This document shows, in pieces, positions 1-13,681 of a stretch of DNA of 64,000 bases. A program made the translations under genes and the position numbers. Positions within the stretch are counted from its first letter, which is position 1. Each line of letters begins with the position of its first letter. The notes beneath the pieces were generated by a model. It worked only from the letters and a program-made list of their open reading frames with translations, had not been told where the DNA came from and did no database searches. Origin of the DNA: Octopus vulgaris (Eukaryota). The stretch lies in NCBI GenBank assembly GCA_951406725.2, contig OX597818.1, forward strand, positions 20,708,001 to 20,772,000, given 5' to 3'.

Positions 1-92
1 TGGTACTTACTTTATCGGACTGTTTTGCCGAACCGGTAAGTTACGAGGATATAAACACACCAACCCCGGCTGCCAACCGATGGTAGGGGACA
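1..92 (-). mobile_element. SINE family A, partial 3' half
   Basis: Reverse complement matches 1705-1800 (cttagcggttcggcaaaagagaccgatagaataagt). Confidence 0.7.
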
Positions 93-143
<51 letters not shown>

Positions 144-148
<5 letters not shown>

Positions 149-523
149 CTCTGGTGCAGTATGAAGCAGTGGTTCTCATGGCTTCTGATCTTAACTGATT
201 GGAAGTATTATCAGGTACATTGTTTTGTCTTGGTATAAAAGATGGGCTACAGCAAATATTCTGCTCAATACCACAGATTTGCTTGTCAGTTGCTTGCCCT
301 TAACCAGTTGAGCATGGCCCTTAGTGGCTGACGATATGCGCATCTTTGATCATGACCAGGAGTAGTGGGGAGCATCATAGCCATGTGTTGAGAGGGATTC
401 TTTGGATTTTTTAATAATTCACCTCTGGAAACATGCGTGTTTTTTTTAACATCCTTAAACAACCTTTATTCAGGGACCTTTTGAGCGGGATGGGATACTC
501 GACCTGAAGAAAATGCTAACTAG
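144..523 (+). mobile_element. Family C, (AAT)n-associated interspersed repeat, 3'-incomplete
   Basis: Colinear with 43371-43680 and with the reverse complement of 18975-19335; preceded by (AAT)n at 93-143. Confidence 0.85.
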
Positions 524-524
524 G

Positions 525-690
525 CTAGTTGATTACATTTGATGGTATCAATTAGCTCCTTACCCCATTTCTCAACTTTCGACCTCGAAAGGATAAAGAC
601 CAAAGTTGACTTTAGTGGAATTTGAAATGAGAATTTTAAACCGCAAGAAACGCCACTAAGCATTTTCTCTGGTGTGGTAACGATTTAGTA
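525..690 (-). mobile_element. SINE family B', diverged
   Basis: cgacctcgaaaggataaagaccaaagttgac...ggaatttga matches the family B core. Confidence 0.6.
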
Positions 691-876
691 ATAAGAGCCA
701 ATTGCTTCGTGCATTGTACTTCAGTCAGTTGTGTAACCAGTCTTACATGTTTGTGTTTGTGTATATGTATGTACGTATATACTTTCTTCTGATCCGTTCC
801 ATTTCTCCAGCTTGCTCCAACAAATCTATGTGTGTGTGTGTATGTATGTATGCGTTTGTGTGAATTTTCATGTGTG

Positions 877-912
<36 letters not shown>

Positions 913-1083
913 TGTATTTATGTATGTATGTATGTATGTATGTATTTACGTACTACGTACGTACGTATGTATGTATGTATGTATGTATGTATGTATGTAT
1001 GTATGTATGTATGTATGTATGTATGTATGTATAACGTGCGGTGTGCGGAAACAGAAAACGAAATATAATATATTAAAACTTTG

Positions 1084-1097
1084 GTTACCATGGAAAC
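1084..1097. promoter_or_regulatory. RFX X-box motif
   Basis: GTTACCATGGAAAC fits GTTNCCATGGNAAC in non-repeat sequence; function untested. Confidence 0.35.
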
Positions 1098-1332
1098 TGC
1101 CGGTGCCATATTATTTATTTGGCGAAAATGGGGTGAAGACAGGTTAGAAATTTAGTACGCAAACTAAATACTATATATCATAATGCTAATCATCCTGACA
1201 CCCATGTACTGTGGCACAAATCTGTGATCTGGTGTGTTTCTTCACCGTTTCTTCTTCTACTTTATAAAACGTACACTTCCATACGCTTTGCTCACATCGA
1301 TGAATCACACCTCAATCAGATTTCCTCTAGGT

Positions 1333-2011
1333 CAATGGTTCTCAACCATTTTTAGCTATGGAACCCTTTAATTCCTATTTTCCTAGGATGGATCTTCCTA
1401 CCCATTCGATGATTTGAAGATCCTATTATATTTTTATAGATAACTACTTTTAGGAATTATAGGAAAATAATTATTAAAATATTCTGTGTAATGTAGGAGT
1501 AGGAGTGGCTGTGTGGTAAGTAGCTTGCTAACCAGCCACATGGTTCCGGGTTCAGTCCTACTGCGTGGCATCTTGGGCAAGTGTCTTCTGCTATAGCCCT
1601 GGGCCGACCAATGCCTTGTGAGTGGATTTGGTAGACGGAAACTGAAAGAAGCCTATCGTATATATGTATATATATATATGTATGTGTGTGTGTTTGTGTG
1701 TCTGTGTTTGTCCCCCTAGCATTGCTTGACAACCGATGCTGGTGTGTTTACGTCCCCATCACTTAGCGGTTCGGCAAAAGAGACCGATAGAATAAGTCCT
1801 GGGCTTACAAAGAATAAGTCCGGGGTCGATTTGCTCGACTAAAGGCGGTGCTCCAGCATGGCCGCAGTCAAATGACTGAAACAAGTAAAAGAGTAAAAGA
1901 GTAAAGAGAGTATGTAGCAGTATAATCAATTTATTGCAGATAAGTTTTAACAGCAAAATCTTACATGGACCGCCCCCCAAGGTCCATTTAGACCCCAGTT
2001 GAGAACCACTG
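1333..2011. mobile_element. hAT (Charlie-like) MITE containing a nested SINE A
   Basis: Terminal inverted repeats (TIRs) caatggttctcaac / gttgagaaccactg; 8-bp TSD ctctaggt / ctctagct; related copy at 27889-28254. Confidence 0.85.
1502..1911 (+). mobile_element. SINE family A, full length (tRNA-like head, internal TA/TG microsatellite, (gtaaaaga)n tail)
   Basis: A/B-box-like head ggagtggctgtgtggtaag...gggttcagtcc; TSD atgtaggagta / atgtagcagta; many homologous copies in the window. Confidence 0.9.
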
Positions 2012-2499
2012 CTCTAGCTCCTCTTTCACGGGCATATAGAAGCTAACTTCATGTTCAAAAAAGGAGTTCAAAGATTTGTCACTTTCCTCAGCATACCTTC
2101 CTAGATAATTCGTCGAGCAAAGAGGCACTGGTATTTGCAACATACTTTGTTCATGCTTTATTTTCTTTGAGCTGGTTCAAGTCTGACCCACAACATTTTC
2201 ACTCACTACTGCCACCACCACCACCACCACCAACAGCAACAACGACAATAGCGTGAGTTTACTACTTAGTAGATTCGTGTACAAAGAAAAACTATAAACT
2301 ATACTTCAATAAATGTAACCAATATTTTTTACTTGGCGTGAAGTCATTGTATATCATATTATGGCTCTAAGCCTTATTTGGTAAAATTTTCCCTTTTGCT
2401 CTTTTGCTTTACATAGAAATAAACTTTTTTCACATTTTCGAGATATTTTTATGACACTTGCGCGCGCACACGCACACTCGCACAAAGAAATATAAAAAT

Positions 2500-2940
<441 letters not shown>

Positions 2941-3199
2941 CTAACTGTCTCACAGCCAGTGTGCATGTATTTGCATGTGTCTAACTATACCTCACTTGCC
3001 CACTCTCCTCACCCCTTCCTTCGTCTACTGATAAGAACCACCCCTTTAACACTAAGATAATGTCTGTTCATATACGCCTGTAGGGTAAGATATATTCAAT
3101 CTGACCCCGCACTACTTGCAGACGATGTTTCAGATTATACCTGGGTGGGTCGATCGTAACATATTAAGGATGGCCCTTAAACATGGAGTGTGTGTGTGT

Positions 3200-3402
3200 G
3201 TGTGATGTAAGGGTTGCATGACGTACGGACGTATGTGATGTCACGCGGGTGACGTACGTGAGTGACATAAGGAAGGTGATGTAAGTGAATATGGAGCCAG
3301 AGGTGAATGTAAGGGGTTTGATATAGGATGATTGTATAAGGATGCGTGATGTAAAGGGGCAAATACAGGAGGTTTCATGGGGGTAGGGTGATGTAAGAAG
3401 GT
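3200..3402 (+). repeat. Degenerate tandem array of GTGA(T/C)GTAAG-like units
   Basis: gtgatgtaag-like words near 3201, 3276, 3303, 3346 and 3388, plus tgacgta and tgacata variants. Confidence 0.6.
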
Positions 3403-3599
3403 GGCTGGTTGGAAAAAAAAGAGTGGCTGCAAAAACACACACATACATTATGTATGTGTGTATGCATATGTATGTATGTATGTACGTAAACACACACGTA
3501 TCAGAGGTGGTCTTTCGACAGCCATAGGCCTGTTTCCTCGGATTCTGTGACGTATGCATTCGCTTCTAGATTGGAAGCCAATCAGTCGCAAGGGTTACA

Positions 3600-3742
3600 C
3601 ATTTTTGCCAGCTGAGTGAACTGGGGCAACATGAAATGAAGTGTTTTGCTCCAAAACACAACGCACCGCCCAGTCCCTGAATCGAAATCACACTCTTACG
3701 ATCTCGAGTTCACAGCTTAACCACTAAGCTATACACCTCCAC
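3600..3742 (-). mobile_element. SINE family E head fragment
   Basis: cagctgagtgaactggggcaac...cacaacgcacc matches 16740-16874. Confidence 0.75.
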
Positions 3743-3783
3743 ACACACAAACACACACACACAGATATATATATATATATATC

Positions 3784-4199
3784 TCTTTTATTCTTTTATT
3801 TGTTTCAGTCATTTGACTTGGACCATACTAGAGCAACGCCTTTAGTCGAACGAATCGACCCTAGGACTTATTCTTTGTAAGCCTAGTACTTATTCTATCG
3901 GTCTCTTTTGCCGAACCTTTAATTTACGGTACGTAAACACACCGACATCGCTTGTCAAGCGATGGGGAGGTGACAAACACAAACATACACACACATATAT
4001 ACCAATACACACACACATACTACACACACACATACGACGGGCTTCTTTCAGTTTCCGTCTACCAAATCCGCTCACAAGGTTTTGGTTTGGTCCAAGGCTA
4101 TAGTAGAAGGCACTTGACCAAGGTGCCACGCAGTGGGACTGAACCCGGATCCATGTGGCTGGGTAGCAAGCTCCTTACCACACAGTCATGCCTGCGCCT
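3784..4199 (-). mobile_element. SINE family A, full length
   Basis: Reverse complement is colinear with 1502-1911, including the internal (CA)n. Confidence 0.9.
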
Positions 4200-4252
4200 A
4201 TATATATGTGTGTGTGTGTATTTATGAATGTATGTGTATATATGTATGTATA

Positions 4253-4297
<45 letters not shown>

Positions 4298-4697
4298 CAC
4301 ACATGGGGAAAGTATGTATGTATACACGCGCGTACACAAAAGACAAACTACAATTACTAATAGCGTAAAGAATTGTTAAATACACCAATCCATACACGTA
4401 CACATACCCGGATACTATCAGCACAACCGCCATTCTCTCGACCTTCACTCACACATGAACACATACACTTTCACAAGTACTACCATCACTACCACCATCA
4501 CCACCATCCAAAGCTCCATCACTTGCCAACGTCAATAATATCAGCAGACCACCATCGCCAACACCACTACCACCACAGTCACCACTTTCAATGCTTCAAC
4601 CAATAAGAATTACTGGAGTTCCATCGGGGTGTCCAAATCAAAGATCTTCGTCTGAGTCTGCTAAATTAAATCCTTGACATGATGAAATTTTAACTTC

Positions 4698-4756
<59 letters not shown>

Positions 4757-5133
4757 ACCGAAGACATACGGTCTCATCCACTGTCTGATGATGACACGAT
4801 CTACGCACACATACACACACACACGTATATACACACGCGTACACACTCATACATACACATGTAGCTACATATACCTACATACACATTCACACACGCATGC
4901 ATACGCGCGCACACACACACATGCACTCACACGCACGAATGTGTATGAATATGCAAGTATATATATATATGTATGTATTCATGTATGTATGTATATAAGA
5001 TATAGATATATATACATACATGTATTACATATACACACACATATCTACTATGTATACACACACACATATGTGTGTGTGTGTATATATGTATGTATATTTA
5101 TATGCGTGTGTGTGTGTGAGTACATATATATAC

Positions 5134-5183
<50 letters not shown>

Positions 5184-6275
5184 CTATATCTATACCTACA
5201 TTATGTATCTGCATAAACAACCCCATGTATGTACGTGCATGTATATACACACATATATTTTACGCATACATGCACCCAAACACACACACACACACACACA
5301 CACATGCCTCCCATACACGCATACCCAAACACACTCACACACATACACACACACACATGCCTCCCATACACGCATACCCAAACACACTCACACCCGCCCA
5401 GACACACATTCTCACACACACACACCAAAACGCACATAGATACCTAAACTCGCTTACATTACACACACAAACTATTCGCCTATCGCTGAATCGGGGTGAA
5501 ACAAGTGCATTCATTTCTGACAACTTATTTTCTTTCTTATTTACTGCATGTGTTGCACATATATCTTAGCTTACTCAAACTAAACTACGACCGAAGCTCA
5601 TTGCCGCTGCTACGTCTGTTTTTTCCTGCTGTTCGTATATGTTACAGTTTCTGTTGATTTTATTTTATTTAATTTATTTCATTTTTGTTGTTGTTGATGT
5701 TGTTACTATTGCTGTTATTGGTGTTGGTGTTGGTGGAGGTGGTGTAGATGAGTTGACACAAAGGTAGTAGTGATAGTAGAAGTTGCAGAAATAGTAGCGA
5801 CATCGGTTCTCGTGTTCATTCCAAACTATAAAAATCGGTTTTTATTTTCCTAAGTTTTTTAATGGAGAAAATGTTAGAAAATGGTAACTTTAAAGTTCTT
5901 TTTTTTCATTTTGATGCAAAAACGCAAAAAAGATAAATAAGTACGCAGACATATATTATTGGTTTTTCCATTCTATTAAGTTGTTCTATTCTATCGTGTT
6001 TTGTTGTTTTTTCATCTTTTATTTGATGGTGATGATGGTATCTTTCTTATTTTATCTTTTATATTATAAAATGAACAGACCAGTGCTGAGTAGATAAAAT
6101 ATACAAAACGACTAGATGTGAAGTAGAGGCAGAAAGAATGTGTGTGTGAGAGAGAGGAGGGAGAGGGAGAGAGGGGGAGGGAGAGAGGGAGAGAGAGAGA
6201 GTGTGTGTGTGTGTAGATATTGACCGGATATAAACAGTGTGCAGTTGTAGATTGGATAAGCAAATAATATATAGG

Positions 6276-6494
6276 TACTGGTTTCAAATTTTGGTACAAG
6301 GCCAGCAATTTTTTGATGGAGAGGCTAGTCGATTACACGGACCCTAGTGTTTAAATGGTACTTATTTTATCGACACCGAAAAGATAAAAGGCGAAGTCGA
6401 CCCCGGCGGAATTTGAACTCAGAACGTAAAGATGGACGAAATGCTGCTAAGCATTTTGCCCCGCGCAGTAACGAGTCTACCAACTTGCCGACTT
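6276..6494 (-). mobile_element. SINE family B' (B core, alternative tail ttgctggccttgtaccaaaatttgaaacc)
   Basis: Core gaaagtcgac...gcggaatttgaactcagaacgta-like segment shared with 31273-31513. Confidence 0.85.
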
Positions 6495-6499
6495 AGATA

Positions 6500-6832
6500 G
6501 TAAATAGATATTGACTGGAGGGATAGGCAGGTGCATGTGTTGATAAGATAGAGAGTGTGTAGATGTTGACTAGATAAACCTGTCAGTGAACAGATGCTGA
6601 CCGGATTGACAGTGTCTGGATTTTGACTCGACAGATAGAAAACGCGTGTAGATGTTGACTAGGCAGATAGTCAATGTGTGTAGACGTTTACCAGATAGAT
6701 AAAGAGTATGTAAATATTAACAGTATGTAGACGCTAGTTAGAAATGTAGATTGTAGAAGTATTGACTGTAAATCTTGACTGAATAGATAGGATGTGTAGA
6801 TATGAACTGGATAGATTGCTCGTGTGTAGATG
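6500..6832 (+). repeat. Degenerate ~26-32 bp minisatellite (gtgtagatgttgactagatagata...)
   Basis: About 11 recognisable units, with one more at 6210-6250 on the other side of the SINE. Confidence 0.7.
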
Positions 6833-7023
6833 GAGGCAATACTAATACCACAATACAAGACTACAATTAACAGACAACATCACAATAACAGACAACATCA
6901 CAAATGCAAATCCGATAACGTAGAACTTCAATTCATAAACGGTCAAATTCTGGCGGTAAAAGTCTGCATAAACATAAGCCACCCACAATACAAAGAGCAA
7001 TATAGAGGCCAAAATCACTCTAG

Positions 7024-7062
7024 ATCCTGAAGATAAGACCGAGAGAGTCTAGAAGCGTTGAT
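7024..7062 (+). ncRNA. Degenerate minimal type-I hammerhead ribozyme motif
   Basis: ATC-CTGAAGA-TA-AGAC-cgagaga-GTCT-A-GAAGC-GTT-GAT; one core change (GAAG for GAAA). Confidence 0.45.
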
Positions 7063-7276
7063 AAAGGTGAATTTGCAAACTTTTCTTGCTCAAAGTGAAC
7101 CAGAAGGTTCTGATACGCAGATACAAGTAAACTTCAATGATTAAAAAAAAAAGATTTAATTAGAGCATAGTCGGATTTTCAATATCTGTACACACATACA
7201 TATGCGCACACACATATGCGCACACACATACACAAACACACACACACACACACACACATATGCGCGCACACATACA

Positions 7277-7310
<34 letters not shown>

Positions 7311-7587
7311 AGGACTCACAGACATATTCATCTCTTACACATATATACGTATTTATATGTATACGATCGCGCGTGTATATGTGCGACCGTGTGTGTGTGT
7401 GCTATGAGAATATGGTTCCTACGAAGTTCTCAGACAACGCGGATTTTTTTAAAAGTTTATTAAACTTATTTTGCTTGCATTCGTGTGTTTGTTTACCTTT
7501 TCGTTTTGGGGGAGTACATCGAGAACTTACTAACTCTAACATACATATTGACACATCCACACAAACGTAAAGAGCAATGTGTAAATG

Positions 7588-7617
<30 letters not shown>

Positions 7618-7618
<1 letters not shown>

Positions 7619-7940
7619 GCTCTAATACATCACGAAGCTTTTGAACTTTTCGTAAATTATTTATACTTGCTAAACTTTTTTTTTGTACTTTCTGCTTTTT
7701 CCCATTGTCGTTTCTACCCACTCTGGTTGTCCTTCTCCTGTGTGACCCTTCTGTCCGGCCTTCGCCATGATAGATCGCTAGCCACTGCACATTCTTTATT
7801 TTCTCTCCTTGTTTCTTTCTGTGGAAGTGTAGGCTCGAAACGTAAAAGACTTTTTCACTTCCCGAGCGTTTTACTAATACATTTGTTTGTTTTTTACACC
7901 ACCTGTCTTCATCTTTCGTTGTTTTTTTCTTGTGAATTCT
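7618..7940 (+). mobile_element. Penelope-like terminal-repeat fragment between (TA)n tracts
   Basis: 7810-7925 is homologous to 14350-14462 and contains gctcgaaacgtaaaagac, a hammerhead-like motif. Confidence 0.55.
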
Positions 7941-8059
7941 CCCCCCCCCCCTATACATACATATATATATATATACGTGTATATATATATATACACGTAC
8001 ACACATACAAACACATACACGCATATACGCACACACACACACACACACATGTATATACT

Positions 8060-8286
<227 letters not shown>

Positions 8287-8287
8287 T

Positions 8288-8460
8288 TTGTTTGCCTGTG
8301 TTTGTCCCTAATCATCGCTTAACAACCGATGTTGTTGTGTTTACGTCCCTGTAACTTGGCATTTTGGCAAAAGAGACCGATAGAATAAGTAGTAGGCTTA
8401 CAAAGAATAGGTCCTGAGGTCGATTTGTTCGACTAACGGCATTGCTCCGGCATGGTCGCA
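8288..8460 (+). mobile_element. SINE family A, 3' half
   Basis: Matches 1700-1868. Confidence 0.8.
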
Positions 8461-8673
8461 CACGGGAAGTTAAATTCCACCATGTCAAGGAGGATTGTTA
8501 GAAACCTTTCTCTTTCCTGTCATATATGTGTGTGTATTCAAAAGTATTCACAAACACATTCGTGTGTATATATACATATATGTATGTATATACATACATA
8601 CATACATACATACATACATACATACATAAATGCATACATTCGTGCGTTGCCTGTCTGTATAGATGTTCTCTGA

Positions 8674-8773
<100 letters not shown>

Positions 8774-9069
8774 CTTTTATCCCCTACAGTAATTTGCATA
8801 ATTAAAATTAAAATGGGTTCAGAAAAAAAAAACTCAGAGTGGCCACTGGCATGAATTTAAAGAACAAAAAATAATAGAAGTTTAATTAATAGCATACATG
8901 ATATTTTCAAACATTTTATCGCCTGGTGCCAATTACAACCGACACCGAATGAAAAGCCAAGATAATCTCAAAAATCAATAATTCCCTTAATTGACGAACC
9001 ATTAAAGAAAAGGCAGTTTGATTATTTGCAGACAAGTAGCGTGAATTTGAACAACAAAGACGAATATAT

Positions 9070-9370
9070 CTTTTATCTTTTTTGCCTTTTAATCTTTTAC
9101 TTGTTTCAGTCATTACATTGCGGCCATGCTGGAGCACCGCCTTGAAGAATGTTTGTCGAATGAATCGACCCCAGTACTTATTGTTGTTGAGGTTGGTTGT
9201 TGTTATTATTATTATTAAAGTGGCGAGCTGACAAAATCGTTAAGCACGCAGAGCGAAATGCTTAGCGTTATTTTGTCCGTCTTTATGCTCTGAGTTCAAA
9301 TTCTGTCGAGTTCGATTTTGCTTTTCTTCCTTTCGTGGTCGATAAATTAAGTACCAGTTAAATATTGGTA
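9070..9370. mobile_element. SINE A tail (-, 9070-9182) and SINE B head/core (+, 9219-9370)
   Basis: cttgtttcagtcatt...gcggccatgctggagcaccgcc; ggcgagctgacaaaatcgttaagcacg. Confidence 0.75.
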
Positions 9371-10494
9371 CAATCCAAACAATCCGACCGTGACGCCTTG
9401 TCAGTTCCAGAGAATCCTTCATTCTTGAGATTTTGTCTCCGTTTTCATATGGGATCGGTTCCAATTTCCATTCAGGAAATTGATTTGCTTTCTTTCTCTG
9501 GAATCAAAGATGATTTCAATTAATCAAGAATTTTACCATATACGACATTTAAATGCGACGTTATTCGACTGCGTTGTTGAAATTCATACCATATATAGGC
9601 ATACGTGCGCACGCACGTACGTACACACTCACGCACACACACACTCACACACATTCACTCACACACACACACATTCACGCACACACACGCTTTATAAACA
9701 TTGTTTTAAGCATCTGTTTGTCAAAACAACACAGTGGTGCCAATGAACTTAACCCAATGAAGTTGTTGTAAAGACTTCTAATTTATGACACACCCTAACA
9801 AGGATCGCACCAAGTTCATAATTACACAGCAAGGTCACAGCTAACTGGCTCTCTGCCTTCATTTATGTTATTTCTCTTTTACGTCTTTATAGTTATTTCA
9901 ACTTTGTCCTTTGTCCCTCTCTGTTGTTTCTCAACATTTTTCATTCAGCGGTGTATTTTTATAACAGTTTTTTTTTATTGTTGATATTATTTTGCTTTTT
10001 ATTATTTTTTTCTTACCATACATTGCCGTTTATAGTATGACACGCCTCGCTTTCAAAACATATTTTAGGATTGGCTGAATCGTTAGAGCTTTTCAGTTTT
10101 TGATGATGGCTCTTTATGTCCTGAGTTCGCATTCCAGCGATGGTCACCATTGTTTTGAAGTCGATTTATCGACTGCAGCCTATGTAATCAACAGTACCCC
10201 GACCCTCAGAATATAAAACATTGTGCCTATGTTAGAAATACAACCCGCTCATTTCTTTAGACTTCTTTTCTTGTTTTCTTTCTTTTCCGCTTTTTTTATT
10301 TTTGATTTTTGATTTAAGTGTATAGTTTAACTAATTCAATGAAAAACCAAACCCGGGCCCACAATTACATTCGAGGAACCTGGAAAGTGAACAAGTAATT
10401 CTCTACCCTATAGTTTCAAAACACGATAAAAAAAAAAAAAACTAGCAGAAATTTTTATATTGAAAACATAGTTGACGAAAATTATTGTACATCC

Positions 10495-10672
10495 GGACTG
10501 GGAGAGACAACCGGTGTTGCTTTGTTTGCGTTACCGCAACACTAGCAGTTCGACAAAAGAGATCGAAAGAATAAGTACCAAAATTAAAAGATAGATACTG
10601 GAGTCGATTTGTTCGACTAAACCGTTCAAGTTGATGCTCCAGCATGACCGCAGTCCAACAAGTAAAAGATGA
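10495..10672 (+). mobile_element. SINE family A, 3' half, diverged
   Basis: gacaaccggtgttg...gctccagcatgaccgcagtc. Confidence 0.7.
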
Positions 10673-10808
10673 ATTCTTGTTCTATGATACTTTTTGACGA
10701 ATTAACTCTATAAGTACCGAGTAGTCATTTATAACCGCTTTGGCTTTTACTTTGTAATTTCTACGACGCTGTTGAATATGCAATCATGAACATCATTTTA
10801 TATTTGTG

Positions 10809-10885
<77 letters not shown>

Positions 10886-11353
10886 ACGCAAATAAATGCT
10901 AAAAGACTGTATTTTCATATCCTTTTATTCACGGGATTAGCTTATATTTAAAATAAATTCTATTAAATAAAGATTCTCAATGCCAGTCAAAAATGACCGC
11001 TATGGTACTTGTAGGAAGTAAGAAATGTTAGTACTTCTAGTGTTAAAGCAGAAGGTACTGTTTTCACGTTTCTGTGAGGTACTTCCTTGATTGGTAAGGA
11101 AAAGGAGAAGAATCCACAACTCACCTGGAACATTCCTTCTGATAGGCTTCCGTACTGTTTCCATCCACCCAATTTCTATCAACGGACTTAAGAAAACTCA
11201 AATTTATGATAGCGGACATTCCCTCGACCCTTTGCCTCTTCTGTGTATCACGTGATACACGGGACATATTTCCATGCATTTTATATGATACTCATTCCTA
11301 ATTTTTTCTTTCAACCACCAAAGTACCTCAGGACTCGTGATAGGAAAGCTATA

Positions 11354-11570
11354 TGAAGGGATGCTGAAAAGTTCCTGGCTTTAAGGGTATCGCTAAAGGC
11401 CTGGTTGGCAGCCCAACTTTCCGAGTTCTTTTACAGTATTTAGAAAAACTGAAGGACCGCTACGATAAGTGTGTGAATCTGTGAGGGAAATATGTTGAAT
11501 AAAATCATAAATAACTGATCCTCCTGTATTTTCTTTTAACCGAAGCCAGGAACGTTTCAGTACCCGCTCG
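11354..11570 (+). mobile_element. Mariner-derived MITE retaining a transposase C-terminal remnant
   Basis: TIRs tgaagggatgctgaaaagttcctggctt / aagccaggaacgtttcagtacccgctcg; TA flanks; internal KLKDRYDKCVNL*GKYVE* matches the mariner end motif (KL..RW.KC....G.YVE). Confidence 0.85.
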
Positions 11571-12527
11571 TATATTAACTCAGAACGTATGAAACAAGAC
11601 GAATTCAAAGTCTGAAAACGAATATGTACGGTTAGAGCTAGCTGATGAAAATGTTTTGGATAGGTAAAGGGTTAAAGTATTACGTAGTGGAATCCGACTG
11701 GATTAGAACCATGTGACTGCGAAGCGAATTTCTTAACTACACAGCTATGTCTACATCCACAATGCTTTACTTTGTGCATGTTATTCATATTACTCTAAAA
11801 CAAAGATTTTTGGTGAATTCGCCTATCATTATTAATGGCCTATAAAAACTACATTGGTACTAAGCGATAACCGTATAGTGTACGAAAATATACGTTGTCC
11901 AGTGTTTGTTTGAATTATTTTAATCAATTTAATCATTTATTAAATGATAATCCACTTTCATTGAGAATCTAAACTGCAAGTCTATTAAAAACACATACCT
12001 TACATTTCAAATTATCCGATGATGAGGTACAGTAAACTACTCAACGCATGCGCTATAATGCATATTTCAATGGACTAATTTCAGTGTCTCTGGATAGCCA
12101 TAAACTAATAAATTATTTGTGAACAGAAGGTGGGTATTCTTTTTCTAACAAAAGCCTCACAAAACTAGAAACTAGCTACAGTGATCCTTTTTTCTATCCA
12201 CGAAGTAATAAAAACACGAAAAGTTTACTTTTCAAGACATTGCTACACTATATATTAAAAAGGCATACATACATTTTTAATATATATAGGCAAGGTAGGA
12301 AAACTGATGACGTTTATTGATATAGAAACACGTTTCCAAAGCTGTGTACGTGACTTTTTCTTAATGGCGTAGCATATCAATTTCTGAAAATTTTTGATGT
12401 TATCTTCTCCTCTCATATGGTGTTGGTCTACAAGTCATTTGTCTCGTGGAAAAGTTAATTTGAATTGATCAAGAATTTGCCTTTTATGATGATTGACATA
12501 CCTGTATTCGTCAATAATTGTGTATGC

Positions 12528-12587
<60 letters not shown>

Positions 12588-13481
12588 AAACTATTGCTTT
12601 CTGTTCTTTGATTACAAAGTTACGAAATTATAACACATTTAGTATAAATTCTCTAAAGCCTTAAATTGTATTTATTTTTTGTTAAGTCGGTAGCACACCT
12701 AGATAAACCCTGCTGTGTACCGTTGGAAAATCCCCAATCGTAGCTGAATATAACACAACTCGGCGGAATCAGCCAGTATTCTCTTGTTAGACCAACATCT
12801 TACTTTTCAACCAGAAATATCTTTAGATCTAAAATAAATATATATATATATATATATGTATGTATATTCTCGCGTTGAATTTTTATCACCATCCCTGAGT
12901 TCATGATATCACTATGATGTTCTATTTCTAAAACTCTATGTATAAACATTATTGAGAGATTGGGCGTCAGTTACACAAAGGGCTAATATTTCAGATGTTC
13001 TGTCATAAATTCTCTATGAAATCTTTTATAGCTGACATGTGCACATTCCGCTACATCAGATATGTATTCCTGTATGTTTGTATACAACACACATAAACGC
13101 GTGCGCGCCCTTACACACGCGCATGCACACACACACACATACATACGCAAACACAAACACACACACACATACCAACACGTACGCACACACATGCATATAT
13201 AATTTATATATATATATATATATATATAGACAAACATACATTCACATATACACGCTTGTATGTGATATCTGAAAATTTTCTGGTATTGACATATATACCT
13301 ACCTACGTGTGTGTCTGTCTATATGCTATATATATAAGAGAGAGAGAGAGAGAGAGAGAAAGCGATAGACATACACAGACACACACACATATATATATAT
13401 ATATATACATATATATACACATATACATATGTGTGTGTGTATGTATTTATAAAAATCTGCGTATATGTATATTTATATTAC

Positions 13482-13512
<31 letters not shown>

Positions 13513-13609
13513 CAGACATACATATATACATGTATGTATATATGTCTGTGTGTGTGTATATATATATAATATATGTCTGTATATATATATATGTATATGT
13601 CTGTATATA

Positions 13610-13681
<72 letters not shown>

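Noticed and set aside
2172-2252. 81-nt exon-like segment ending at gtgagt
   Set aside because: Rare GAG acceptor, and the content is largely (CCA)n repeat.
6500-6832. CRISPR-like appearance of spaced repeats (also 23600-23955)
   Set aside because: Units are degenerate without constant repeats or unique spacers; eukaryotic context, no cas genes.
11118-11186. Minus-strand exon-like segment with a CAG|GTGAGT donor
   Set aside because: The body resembles a decayed SINE A segment and the acceptor is weak; exonisation is not supportable from sequence alone.
12298-12337. CTGATGA...GAAAC hammerhead-like words
   Set aside because: Stem II and stem I do not pair in register.
12725-12735. NF-kB-like site; also a YY1-like word at 41657
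   Set aside because: Isolated short motifs that can occur by chance.
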